From Gammaproteobacteria bacterium (GTDB lineage: Bacteria > Pseudomonadota > Gammaproteobacteria > GCA-001735895): a stretch of 58,950 nt of DNA. The notes beneath the pieces are model-generated. The model saw only the letters and a program-made list of their open reading frames with translations. It made no database searches and had not been told where the DNA came from. Location of the stretch: the NCBI GenBank assembly GCA_024686195.1, contig JAIBDO010000002.1:1-58950 (forward strand), given 5' to 3'. Positions 20,323 to 31,505 of this stretch are shown here, one piece after another (position 1 is the first letter of the stretch; each line of letters opens with the position of its first letter). Made by a program: the position numbers and the translations under genes.

Positions 20323-20790
20323 ATGAATACTATCGACTTGACCCCTTTGTACCGTAACAGCGTTGGATTCGACCGCATGGCCTCGCTGCTGGACAACGCA
20401 CTGCGCAGCCAGAAAGCCGGTGTCGGCTTCCCTCCCTACGATATCGAAACCACCGGTGAAGATCGCTACGCGATCACACTTGCCGTAGCCGGGTTCGAAG
20501 AAAGTGAACTGGAGATCCAGGTGGAAAACGGCGTGCTCTGCGTGAGCGGCAGAAAAGTGGAAGAGACGGAAGAGAAATCTTACCTCTATCGCGGTATTGC
20601 CAACCGCAGCTTCGAACGCAAGTTTAATCTAGCCGATCATGTCGAGGTTCAGGGAGCCGATCTGAAAAATGGCCTGCTGACCGTCAATTTGCTGAAGGAG
20701 ATTCCGGAGGCGATGAAGCCACGGACGATCGCGATCACTCCTGGTGGCGCTACCCTCGAGCATCAGCAAGAGGCGCGAAAAGTCGCCTAA
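20323..20790 (+). CDS. ibpA: small heat-shock protein (IbpA/Hsp20 family)
   Basis: I chose the ATG at 20323 (MNTIDLTPLYRNSVGFDRM...), which has a GGAG 9 nt upstream, over the track start at 20275. Alpha-crystallin core: YDIETTGEDRYAITLAVAGF...GLLTVNL. Confidence 0.88.
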   Translation: MNTIDLTPLYRNSVGFDRMASLLDNALRSQKAGVGFPPYDIETTGEDRYAITLAVAGFEESELEIQVENGVLCVSGRKVEETEEKSYLYRGIANRSFERKFNLADHVEVQGADLKNGLLTVNLLKEIPEAMKPRTIAITPGGATLEHQQEARKVA

Positions 20791-20815
20791 CTAAGGTCGC
20801 ATGATGTGACCTCGA

Positions 20816-20843
20816 CCGGGGCCGACTCATCGGCTCCGGTTTT
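20816..20843 (+). terminator. Rho-independent terminator of the sHSP gene
   Basis: CCGGGGCCGActcaTCGGCTCCGG followed by TTTT. Confidence 0.6.
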
Positions 20844-21360
20844 CGCGCTAACCAATCATCATCTGCCGCCCATTACCTTAATATCGTTCACTAGAACAGG
20901 CGCATAAGGCGCATGTGCCGTCAGCTGATTGGGGCGATAGGATTTGCATGAATTGCCCAGGATTGAAGGTGGCGAGTGGGAAGGTGATTCGTTCCCATCA
21001 ACCGTTGACGAGAGCGGCTCCATAAACCCGCTGCATTCATTCTTCCAGGAAACTGATACCGAAAAAGTCCGATAATATTGCAAGCACTATTACCAGTGGC
21101 AGCATCACGATCATGGAGAGTTTGGAGAGAAGTGCGGTTGTGTTTTTCACAGAGGATTGTCTTGATTGCTGAAGTGGTAATCTTCTGCGAAAAAGCTTTT
21201 TGATATCGAGATATGAGTCACAAATAGAATACGCGCCTACATCGGCTGCATGGCTTTGCATAGTGCTTCTTCTGCCGAGGCGTGTTTCCTCCGGGGCAGG
21301 GCGAACTAAAAGTGAGATTTCGCGATCAGACTCGCGACGCAGACTGTTGAGATATGCGGG

Positions 21361-22389
21361 CTAGCCCTTTGCCTGCTGCACCTTCAGTTTGCGTTTGTCG
21401 AGAAATTGCTGATGTGATTCTGCTGTTCCATCATGAAACGCGCCAATCCATTTATCCCACGGAATTTCGAGCCCGCCATAATTACATTCAAAAAAGCGAT
21501 GATGCATCTGATGGTGAAATGTCCCCAGCTTGAGACGGTTTTTAGCCCCGATCTCTACCCCTTCAAAGCCGGTATGGGTGGTAGCCGCTGATAGCGTGAA
21601 GTACTGCAGGTGATAGATGATGATGAAGGGGTTGGCGGGTATTACCCAGTGTATCAATACCGTTCCGAGATAAATAATGTGCTCGATCGGGTGCATCGAC
21701 AGCCCCGACCAGGGTCCGACATTGGTATTGCGGTGATGCAGATAATGGATCTTCCGATACAACGGTGGCCAGTGCAGCAGGCGATGGATCAGGAAAAAGT
21801 AACAGGTTTCCCAGATCGGGATCAGGAAGATCAGCCCAATTATCCATAACCAGGCCATGGGTCCCGAAATCATCGGTGCATAGCCGTTCGCCAGTGACCA
21901 CATCATCAATACTTCATAGGCGCTCCATATGGTCACGCCACTGGCGCAAGTCCAGAACATATTGTCGAGCACCTGATTATTGAAGGTAAAGACACGGTTG
22001 TTTTCGGCGAATGGTCTGGCATCAAAATGGCGCTTGTCGCCCTGTTTTTTATAGCGGTAAAAATACAGGTGCAAGCCGCCCGCAACCACAAAAATCAATA
22101 TCAGGTTTCTAATAAAAATTTCTGCGATCCAGTCAAAGTGAAAGGTCTGGCAGCGGATCAGGGCTGGATGAAAAAAGAACCAGGATATCAGCGCCAGAAA
22201 CAGTATCAGCAGTCGTTCGCTTAACGGCAACCACGAGCGCAGGAACCAGTTAAACACAGCCTGTAAGTCTAGTGGGCGACGAAACAGTGGCGATACCTGA
22301 ATCGGTAACTCGGGATGATAGTGCCATTGCTTCTTTTTGGCCCTGACCGTTGAATGCTGTGCGCCATCCTGTTTTGGTATATCCGTCAT
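21361..22389 (-). CDS. fatty-acid hydroxylase / sterol-desaturase superfamily membrane di-iron enzyme
   Basis: 342 aa polytopic protein with histidine boxes HRLLH, HYLHHR and HHQMHH. Confidence 0.8.
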   Translation of the reverse strand: MTDIPKQDGAQHSTVRAKKKQWHYHPELPIQVSPLFRRPLDLQAVFNWFLRSWLPLSERLLILFLALISWFFFHPALIRCQTFHFDWIAEIFIRNLILIFVVAGGLHLYFYRYKKQGDKRHFDARPFAENNRVFTFNNQVLDNMFWTCASGVTIWSAYEVLMMWSLANGYAPMISGPMAWLWIIGLIFLIPIWETCYFFLIHRLLHWPPLYRKIHYLHHRNTNVGPWSGLSMHPIEHIIYLGTVLIHWVIPANPFIIIYHLQYFTLSAATTHTGFEGVEIGAKNRLKLGTFHHQMHHRFFECNYGGLEIPWDKWIGAFHDGTAESHQQFLDKRKLKVQQAKG

Positions 22390-22639
22390 TGCCAGTTTCT
22401 CCAGTGCATGGCATTCAGTAGTTTTTCTTATCCTTACTTAAACTTTTATTCGGAAGGAAAACTTGCGATAGCCATTATTATTGGCATAAAGGCAAATTGT
22501 GCAAACGAAAAAATTTGCGTTAAAAATTAAATTATTTTAAGAGTAGTTATCAGCAAAACGAGGGTCTGTAATTGGCCAGAGCTTGCCGCAAGAGACGCTG
22601 AACAATCTCGTCAATATGAATTAACGCTCTATTTACCTG

Positions 22640-23440
22640 TTAATTACCTGCTGCACTGCTCATGGTCGCTAGCAGGCTTTCCAATATGTTGGAGTCAATC
22701 GCCAACGCACCAGTAAAAGGATTCGCCATCGAAAAGATGACATACATGACAAGTCCATTAAAGGCGGAGTATGTGCTAAGCATGGCCAGGTTAGCGATAC
22801 TCGGGGAGTATACATAGAAGGGGACCACGACGAGGAGGAACCCGCTGAGAATCACAACCCAGAAGAAGCCTGGTGCTTCGTATTCCGCTATGGTCCTGAG
22901 TCGAGTATGGAATTCCGAGACAGTGTCCCAGTCGGTCAACATTTTGGCGCGTAGATCCTCCTGATCATTATTGTTGGGTTGCAGATTCCTGAGCTGCCTG
23001 TTGATGCGATGATAATTAATCCATGTTTGACTACTAATGTGGGATTCGGCTAATGCAGCACGATCGGCGTCTATGGCCGTTGTTACGTAGTTCACGACCA
23101 AATCACTAATGGCAGCAGTTGATTGCTGGTCTTCCGTATCGTACTCCCGCAGGCCATGAAAGACATCACTGATAGCACTGGCCTCCTTCGAAACGACTCT
23201 GGAAACATCCCTGTAATCAGCTATTTCTTGAGCGAACATCAATGCCAGGATCAGGGCATGGAGCGCGCCCAGACGAGTGATTACTCTCCCCGAAAGTTGT
23301 TCTGAATCTTCAGTAATATGCGATCTCATAAGCGCGCGCGTAATTCCATAGCAGATCAGAGCTGAAATGACGGCAGCAAATACGAAGGCCAGGACTCCCA
23401 GTACAGGAGCGTTCAAGAGAAAACTTTCAAGTGGGTTCAT
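22640..23440 (-). CDS. membrane protein of unknown function (one N-terminal and two C-terminal TM helices; DUF4239-like from memory)
   Basis: 266 aa ORF with coding-like composition, flanked by AT-rich spacers. The family assignment is tentative. Confidence 0.6.
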   Translation of the reverse strand: MNPLESFLLNAPVLGVLAFVFAAVISALICYGITRALMRSHITEDSEQLSGRVITRLGALHALILALMFAQEIADYRDVSRVVSKEASAISDVFHGLREYDTEDQQSTAAISDLVVNYVTTAIDADRAALAESHISSQTWINYHRINRQLRNLQPNNNDQEDLRAKMLTDWDTVSEFHTRLRTIAEYEAPGFFWVVILSGFLLVVVPFYVYSPSIANLAMLSTYSAFNGLVMYVIFSMANPFTGALAIDSNILESLLATMSSAAGN

Positions 23441-23704
23441 AGTATAAAAGCATAAGGCGCTTTCTATTACGTTAGCAATTTCATGCGGGTCAATTATTCG
23501 CTATTACAAGATTGGCCACCGGCAAATCTTACCGGCCTGTGTTACCTGACGAATAGAAAAAGCAATTTAGAAAGAGCACATTTAGAGAGTTCTACAACAA
23601 TAACGCTGCGTAAAAGCTACAACCAGCCTGCAAAGACTCTGTGGCTTCTGCAAGCCCTTACAGGCGACTACGAAATAAGCCAGGTTCGAACTCCAACTAA
23701 AATG

Positions 23705-24451
23705 TTAAACAGTTGCACCGGCTTGCTGAAGGATTGCTTCAATATCGGTGAACTCGACTCGCCGATCTTTGAACTGCATTACCTCGTCGGTTTGCAGTTG
23801 ATCGATCAAGCGGGAAATGGATTCGGGACGAACGCCGACCAGTTCAGCGATCTCACCTTTTTTTACCGGGATGTCCACTACGGCATTTCCGTTTTCGTTC
23901 TGATACCCGAAGCGCTCGTAAAAAACTAATATGAGATGCAGGAATCGGGATTTCATACCCATGGTCAGACTTCTGACATAGTCGTTTTCCGTTTCGGTAG
24001 CGTCGTCGTAGAAGTGCTGCAGAAAACGCTCCCCCAGTAAAGGGTTTGCTTTCAAAAACTTATCGACATTGGGGCGCGAGATATAGCAGAGAACGCTGGA
24101 AGTTAGAGCCTCTGCCGAATTCACATGGGGGCTCTTGGTCAAAAAAGTTCTATAGCCGACCGTAGTCCCCGGCGTAGAAAGTCGAACCAGTACCGAGTTC
24201 CCGTTGACGTCTACGCGCCGCAAGCCGATAAGCCCCGACTTAATGCAGTAAACCCCATTGCCCTTTTCGCCCTGGGAAAAAAGTGTTTCCCCTGGCTCGC
24301 AGTTAATCACGCTTTTACATTTGTCCAGGGATGCCAGTTGGCTTTCTCCCAGGCACTGCCATTCGGTGTCAGGCAGGGAGGTGCACTCCATACAGCTATC
24401 TGTTGATTTTTTACCTGGCATATTGAAACTATCCTTTTTCATACTTCTCAT
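23705..24451 (-). CDS. Crp/Fnr-family transcription factor, FNR-type
   Basis: 248 aa with N-terminal Cys cluster C20-x2-C23-x9-C33 plus C112, a cNMP-like beta-barrel (GETLFSQGEKGNGVYCIKSGLIGL) and recognition helix PESISRLI (the E--SR motif of FNR-class proteins). Confidence 0.85.
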   Translation of the reverse strand: MRSMKKDSFNMPGKKSTDSCMECTSLPDTEWQCLGESQLASLDKCKSVINCEPGETLFSQGEKGNGVYCIKSGLIGLRRVDVNGNSVLVRLSTPGTTVGYRTFLTKSPHVNSAEALTSSVLCYISRPNVDKFLKANPLLGERFLQHFYDDATETENDYVRSLTMGMKSRFLHLILVFYERFGYQNENGNAVVDIPVKKGEIAELVGVRPESISRLIDQLQTDEVMQFKDRRVEFTDIEAILQQAGATV

Positions 24452-24569
24452 TGATCCTTAAGAAGTTTCACCCGAGAATCAGAAATGGCCTCGAAAATCT
24501 GAACGCCGCCTTTAATGGCCCCATAGTCTAAGTTAATGCATCCTGATACACAATCGATAGGAACTAGTC

Positions 24570-24683
24570 ATGGCAAAATGACCTCGTCGTAATCATTCAT
24601 CGAACTTCAAGGCCAGGGTGGCGCTTGCGGCCATCAAAGGCGACAAAACCGCCGTCAAACTGTCCGACGATGCGGCTAATTGA
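24570..24683 (+). pseudogene. 5-prime remnant of an IS3-family orfA (HTH transposase) gene
   Basis: Reading frame is ATG GCA AAA TGA(stop) then PRRNHSSNFKARVALAAIKGDKTAVKLSDDAAN*. The RRN.S..FKA.VALAAIKG.KT stretch matches the N-terminus of IS3-family OrfA proteins as I remember them. There is an in-frame stop at codon 4 and the ORF is truncated after about 37 codons. Confidence 0.55.
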
Positions 24684-24691
24684 CTGTCAAT

Positions 24692-24705
24692 ATGACATAG
24701 ATCAA
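24692..24705. promoter_or_regulatory. candidate FNR/CRP-class box
   Basis: aTGAC-ATAG-ATCAA versus the TTGAT-N4-ATCAA consensus. It lies between the divergent FNR-type gene and the 66-aa ORF. Confidence 0.35.
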
Positions 24706-24778
24706 GGAGAGTCGTGGACCAGGCCTGTCAACATGATGATTAAATGAAATTGCGCGCATTTAAAATGTGATTTAGCTG

Positions 24779-24979
24779 ATGACCGACAACGACCAGGAAA
24801 TACTAAGTGCAGCGGAGAACATGATCGAAAGGTACGGGGACAATGCTCTACAGGAGGTCGAGCTGCGAGTTTTGGAGCTTGAGTCGCGAAATCAGCTGGA
24901 TGCCTTGCGCTTATGGTACGAGATAAGGGAAAGGGTCAAGTTTCTGATGAAGACACAAACGCACAACGGTAAGCATTAA
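24779..24979 (+). CDS. small helical hypothetical protein
   Basis: 66 aa (MTDNDQEILSAAENMIERYGDNALQEVELRVLELESRNQLDALRLWYEIRERV). It resembles a family of roughly 60-aa proteobacterial proteins of unknown function (memory). The internal ATG at codon 15 has a better SD sequence (GGAG). Confidence 0.45.
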   Translation: MTDNDQEILSAAENMIERYGDNALQEVELRVLELESRNQLDALRLWYEIRERVKFLMKTQTHNGKH

Positions 24980-25300
24980 GCCGGTTTGGATATATCTGCA
25001 ACCTCATTCCACGGCGGTTGAAAAATTCGACGCTCAAGCTCGACTAGTTGGCGGTAAAAACTGGTCGAAGATTGTCTCCTGGCGCTGCGAATTGAGCATC
25101 TTCTTTGAGCGCTGACAAGCTGCTGCGTGCTCTCGAGAGTGGACTGTTTGACGCCGCATTTAGAGGTGCATCTGAGCAGGTGAACCAGTTCAGGCCATCT
25201 CTTGTGGAGTGCGTATGTGGAATGACTTTTTGATATGCACAGGGTAGCCGTTGAAAAGGTTTCCACAATGTAACCAGGAGAGCACAGCCCTGGCTAATAA

Positions 25301-25387
25301 TGGTAGCGGGAGGGGGACTTGAACCCCCACTCTGTTGCCAGAACTGGATTTTGAATCCAGCGTGTCTACCAATTCCACCATCCCGCC
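25301..25387 (-). tRNA. tRNA-Leu (anticodon CAA)
   Basis: Minus strand folds by hand as GGCGGGA-TG-GTGG..CAC-CTGGA-TTCAAAA-TCCAG, then a long variable arm, GGGGG-TTCAAGT-CCCCC-TCCCGCT-A-CCA. This is an 87-nt class II cloverleaf with encoded CCA. Confidence 0.93.
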
Positions 25388-25616
25388 AAATCTTTACAAA
25401 CCGATCATGCCTTTAGGCCCGTGCGCCACCGAGGGTGGAGTGAGGGTCAGGCGATTTTTCTGTGCGCCACATCTAGCAACGCCGCTACCCCGCACGGAGC
25501 GCGCATTCTAATTCAAAATATATCCAAGTGGTAGTGCAGAAGGTATGATACGCGGTTTTTCAGGCGACTCCGGTCTTCAACGCTCCTTCAGGCAACCTGT
25601 TTCATGCAAATCTCCC

Positions 25617-27763
<2,147 letters not shown>

Positions 27764-27870
27764 AACTGTCGTTTCTGCCTTGTCGTATGTCTATCCGGGT
27801 GCCATAATACGCGCCGCTTGAGAGCAGGGCCAAGGCCCTTACGAAACCGTAAACCAAAGGTTGATCGAAA

Positions 27871-28197
27871 ATGAGCTTTTTTATTAGTGATGCATACGCG
27901 CAAGATGCGTCGGGCCAGGCCGGTACACTGGAACTGATTTTGCCACTGTTGTTGATGTTCGCCATCTTCTATTTTCTGCTGATTCGTCCGCAGCAGAAGA
28001 AGGCCAAGGAACATAAAGGCATGGTCGAGTCGCTGAATAAAGGTGACGAAATAATCACCAACGGCGGCCTGCTCGCCAAAATTACCGATGTCGACGATAA
28101 TTTCCTGACCTGTCAGATATCGTCTAACGTTGAAGTCAAGATCCAGCGATTTGCAGTCACCTCGGTATTGCCCAAGGGCACTATCAAAAATCTGTAA
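27871..28197 (+). CDS. yajC: preprotein translocase subunit YajC
   Basis: 108 aa: LLMFAIFYFLLIRPQQKKAKEHK. Confidence 0.9.
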   Translation: MSFFISDAYAQDASGQAGTLELILPLLLMFAIFYFLLIRPQQKKAKEHKGMVESLNKGDEIITNGGLLAKITDVDDNFLTCQISSNVEVKIQRFAVTSVLPKGTIKNL

Positions 28198-28203
28198 CTA
28201 CTG

Positions 28204-30072
28204 ATGGTCAATCGTTATGCTCCCTGGAGATATATTCTCCTGCTCCTGATTATTGTGATCGGTGCCGTCTATGCGGCGCCGAATCTCTATGGTGAGGACC
28301 CCGCGCTGCAGATTTCTCATCGGGTCAATCTGATCGATGATGCAGAACTCGGCAACATCAGCAGTCTGCTCAAAAATGAAGGCGTGGACTACCGTTCTGT
28401 CGAACTCGACGGCAATAATATTCTGGTGCGCTTCGACTCAGAGGAGAAGCAGTTGCGCGGCGCCGATCAGGTTCGCGAAGCGCTTTTTGCCAACGACCGG
28501 CGTTATAGCATCGCACTGAATCTGGCACCGGCCACGCCCGACTGGCTAACCAGCCTGAGCGCATTGCCGATGTACCTCGGCCTTGATTTGCGCGGTGGTG
28601 TGCACTTCCTGATGGAAGTCGACATGGAGTCGGCCATCGAGAAGTCTCTGGAACGATTCAGTAGCGAGATGCGTACCTTCATGCGAGAAGAAAAAATTCG
28701 CTATAAAGCAGTGCAGGCCGCCAGTGATAAAATCAGTATTCGTTTTGCCAGTGCGGAAACTCGTGATAACGGGCGCCTGTTGCTGGAAGAGGAATTTCGT
28801 GATTTCGAGTTTGCCGACAGCAACGATGATCGCGGCTGGTTTGTCAATATCAGCTTCAACCCGATCTCGCTCGCCGAAGAGCGGCGCGCAGCCATCGAAC
28901 AGAATATCTCTACCTTGAAGAATCGTGTTAATGAGCTGGGTGTTGCCGAACCGGTGATCCAGCGACAGGGTGAAGAACGTGTGGTCGTGCAATTGCCGGG
29001 TGTACAGGATACGGTGCGCGCCAAGGAGATTCTGGGTGCGACAGCTACCCTGGAATTTCGACTGGTACATGGCAGTTTTGCAGACTGGAGCGCAGCCGGC
29101 AGCAGCGGCAAGGCCCCGATCGGCAGCCGACTCTATGCCCGAAGCGATGGCTCACCGGTTCTACTGAAACGCAATGTGATCGTCACCGGTGATCAAATTG
29201 TCGGGGCTGCCTCCGGCCTCGACCAGCAAAGTGGTACGCCGGATGTCACTATTACCATGAATTCCAGCGGTGCCGATCGCATGGCGCGGGTTACGCGCGA
29301 TAACATCGGCAAGCCGATGGCGGTGGTGTTCATCGAAGACAAGTTCGAATTCCGTGAGGTCGATGGTGAGCGTAAGCGTATACGCAGCACCGAGTCACAG
29401 GTCATCAACGTGGCGACCATTCAGGATCAACTGAGTAAGCGCTTTCATATTACCGGACTCGATAGTACGCGTGAGGCACGTGATCTGGCGTTGCTATTGC
29501 GCGCGGGTGCCTTGCGTGCGCCGATGGTCATCGTCGAGGAACGTACCGTAGGCCCGAGTCTCGGTCAGGAAAACATCGACCGCGGATTTCTGTCGGTAAT
29601 CGTCGGTTTTATCGCGGTGCTGCTGTTCATGGCGTTCTACTACAAGGTGTTCGGCCTGGTTGCAAATCTCGCGCTGGCGCTGAACCTGGTGTTGATGGTG
29701 GCGATACTGTCCATTTTTCAAGCGACCCTGACCTTGCCTGGCATCGCCGGGATTGTACTGACGGTGGGTATGGCGGTCGACGCGAATGTGTTGATTTTTG
29801 AGCGCATACGCGAAGAACTGCGATTGGGAAATACCCCGCAGGCATCTATTTACTCAGGCTATAGCAAGGCTTTCGGGACTATCGCGGACGCAAATATAAC
29901 CACTTTTATCGCGGCTATCGTGTTGTTCGGTTTTGGCACCGGGCCGATTCAGGGCTTCGCTGTGACGCTGATGATTGGCATTGCGTCTTCGATGTTTACC
30001 GCAATATTCGGCACGCGTGCCTTAATCAACCTGATTTACGGCAGTAAACAGGTTAGCCGACTGGCGATTTGA
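28204..30072 (+). CDS. secD: protein translocase subunit SecD
   Basis: 622 aa: LGLDLRGGVHFLMEVD...GPSLG...LTLPGIAGIVLTVGMAVDANVLIFERIREE. Confidence 0.95.
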   Translation: MVNRYAPWRYILLLLIIVIGAVYAAPNLYGEDPALQISHRVNLIDDAELGNISSLLKNEGVDYRSVELDGNNILVRFDSEEKQLRGADQVREALFANDRRYSIALNLAPATPDWLTSLSALPMYLGLDLRGGVHFLMEVDMESAIEKSLERFSSEMRTFMREEKIRYKAVQAASDKISIRFASAETRDNGRLLLEEEFRDFEFADSNDDRGWFVNISFNPISLAEERRAAIEQNISTLKNRVNELGVAEPVIQRQGEERVVVQLPGVQDTVRAKEILGATATLEFRLVHGSFADWSAAGSSGKAPIGSRLYARSDGSPVLLKRNVIVTGDQIVGAASGLDQQSGTPDVTITMNSSGADRMARVTRDNIGKPMAVVFIEDKFEFREVDGERKRIRSTESQVINVATIQDQLSKRFHITGLDSTREARDLALLLRAGALRAPMVIVEERTVGPSLGQENIDRGFLSVIVGFIAVLLFMAFYYKVFGLVANLALALNLVLMVAILSIFQATLTLPGIAGIVLTVGMAVDANVLIFERIREELRLGNTPQASIYSGYSKAFGTIADANITTFIAAIVLFGFGTGPIQGFAVTLMIGIASSMFTAIFGTRALINLIYGSKQVSRLAI

Positions 30073-31010
30073 TCATGGCTCGGACTCTACTCAATAATTT
30101 TGATTTCATGGCATGGCGCAAACCAGCGATGCTGCTTTCATGTGCATTGATACTGGTATCGATCTTCAGCCTGCTCACGCTGAAGCTGAACGTGGGTATC
30201 GATTTTACTGGTGGTAGCATTATCGAGGTCGGCTATCAGCAGGCAGTCGAACTCGAGCCGATACGCCAGGCGCTTAACTCCGAAGGTTTCGGGGATGCGA
30301 TCGTGCAGCATTTCGGCAGTGCCAGCGAGGTGCTGATTCGTCTGGTGCCCGATGTTGATAAAGATAAGGCTGAACTGAGTACGCAGATTATCGGCCTGTT
30401 GCAGAAAATCAGTGACAGCCCGATCGATGTGCGCCGCGTGGACTTCGTCGGACCTCAGGTGGGTAAGGAACTGACCGAAGACGGGGGACTTGCGGTGCTT
30501 TACGCGTTGATCGCTATCCTCATCTACGTTGCGTTTCGTTTCGAGTATCGCTTTTCACTCGGAGCGGTTGCCGCTCTGATACACGACGTGATGATAACGC
30601 TCGGATTTTTCTCGGTACTGCAGCTGGATTTCGATCTGAGTGTGCTGGCTGCCATCCTGGCGGTCATCGGTTATTCGCTCAACGACACGATCGTTGTTTT
30701 CGATCGTGTGCGTGAAAACTTCCGCAAGATCCGTAAAAAGACGTCGCTCGAAGTGGTCAACATGTCTATCAACCAGACCATTTCACGGACCTTGATGACT
30801 TCATTCACGACCCTGCTGGTTTTACTGTCACTCTTCTTTCTGGGCGGTGAGGCGATTCACGCTTTTGCACTGGCTCTGATTATTGGTGTGTTGGTGGGTA
30901 CCTATTCCTCGATTTATGTTGCGACGACCTCGGCGCTGGTTCTTGGTATCAGTCGCAGCGATTTGCTGTTACCTGAAAAGGAAGGCGACGACGAGCTGGC
31001 GCGTCCTTAG
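30069..31010 (+). CDS. secF: protein translocase subunit SecF
   Basis: 313 aa: GIDFTGG...IGYSLNDTIVVFDRVREN. Overlaps secD by 4 nt. Confidence 0.95.
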   Translation: MIMARTLLNNFDFMAWRKPAMLLSCALILVSIFSLLTLKLNVGIDFTGGSIIEVGYQQAVELEPIRQALNSEGFGDAIVQHFGSASEVLIRLVPDVDKDKAELSTQIIGLLQKISDSPIDVRRVDFVGPQVGKELTEDGGLAVLYALIAILIYVAFRFEYRFSLGAVAALIHDVMITLGFFSVLQLDFDLSVLAAILAVIGYSLNDTIVVFDRVRENFRKIRKKTSLEVVNMSINQTISRTLMTSFTTLLVLLSLFFLGGEAIHAFALALIIGVLVGTYSSIYVATTSALVLGISRSDLLLPEKEGDDELARP

Positions 31011-31025
31011 GCCAGGGAGAACAAT

Positions 31026-31271
31026 ATGCATCTTGATCCTGAATTGATTGACGAGTTGGCCCTGTTGCGACGTTTCAGCATGGGTGGACCGGTTGCCATG
31101 AATTTGCAGGATAACCCTGACCCCGCGGTTACCGCAGCGGCCGGGCGCATGTTCGCAAAAGGTCTGATTACCGAGTCTGGTGGCGGCCAGCTCACGGAGT
31201 CTGGACGTCAGGCGATAGAGCACATGGAGCGTTTGCTGAATCTGCTCGACCCACCGCTGGAGCCTATCTAA
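31026..31271 (+). CDS. small hypothetical protein trailing secF
   Basis: 81 aa with GGGAGA 6 nt upstream of the ATG and only 15 nt after the secF stop. Composition is coding-like. I do not recognise a family. Confidence 0.45.
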   Translation: MHLDPELIDELALLRRFSMGGPVAMNLQDNPDPAVTAAAGRMFAKGLITESGGGQLTESGRQAIEHMERLLNLLDPPLEPI

Positions 31272-31505
31272 CACGCGCTGCTGTGCTGCTGATCATCGTC
31301 AGTTGCCAGGGCTTCCCTTAAGATACCTGATTTTCCTGACAAGGGTTGATGCTTAACGGTGTTCTGTGATAAACCGCAAGACTATGCGATCAGCTACCAC
31401 ATTCGATTCGAACCATCGCCCCGGCCTCGGGGCGTGCAGTTGTGATGGATCGACGCTTATCAGCCGATATCGGCCACCTGCTCATATAAACGGTGGCAGC
31501 GCTCA

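Noticed and set aside
20859-21261. Small minus-strand ORFs 20859-21083 and 21037-21261. The latter has one hydrophobic helix.
   Set aside because: They have no SD sequence and no recognisable family, they overlap each other, and they lie in an AT-rich spacer. The evidence is too thin to call genes, although 21037-21261 could be a small membrane protein.
23683-23694. GGTTCGAACTCC, which resembles a tRNA T-loop and could have been an att-site or tRNA fragment marking the island border.
   Set aside because: The flanking bases cannot form a T-stem or acceptor stem, and the sequence does not match the 3-prime end of the adjacent tRNA-Leu.
24976-25300. Minus-strand ORFs 24976-25266 and 25044-25268 next to the tRNA 3-prime end, examined as possible integrase remnants.
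   Set aside because: None of the six frames shows anything like a tyrosine-recombinase N- or C-terminus. The ORFs overlap each other and lack SD sequences.
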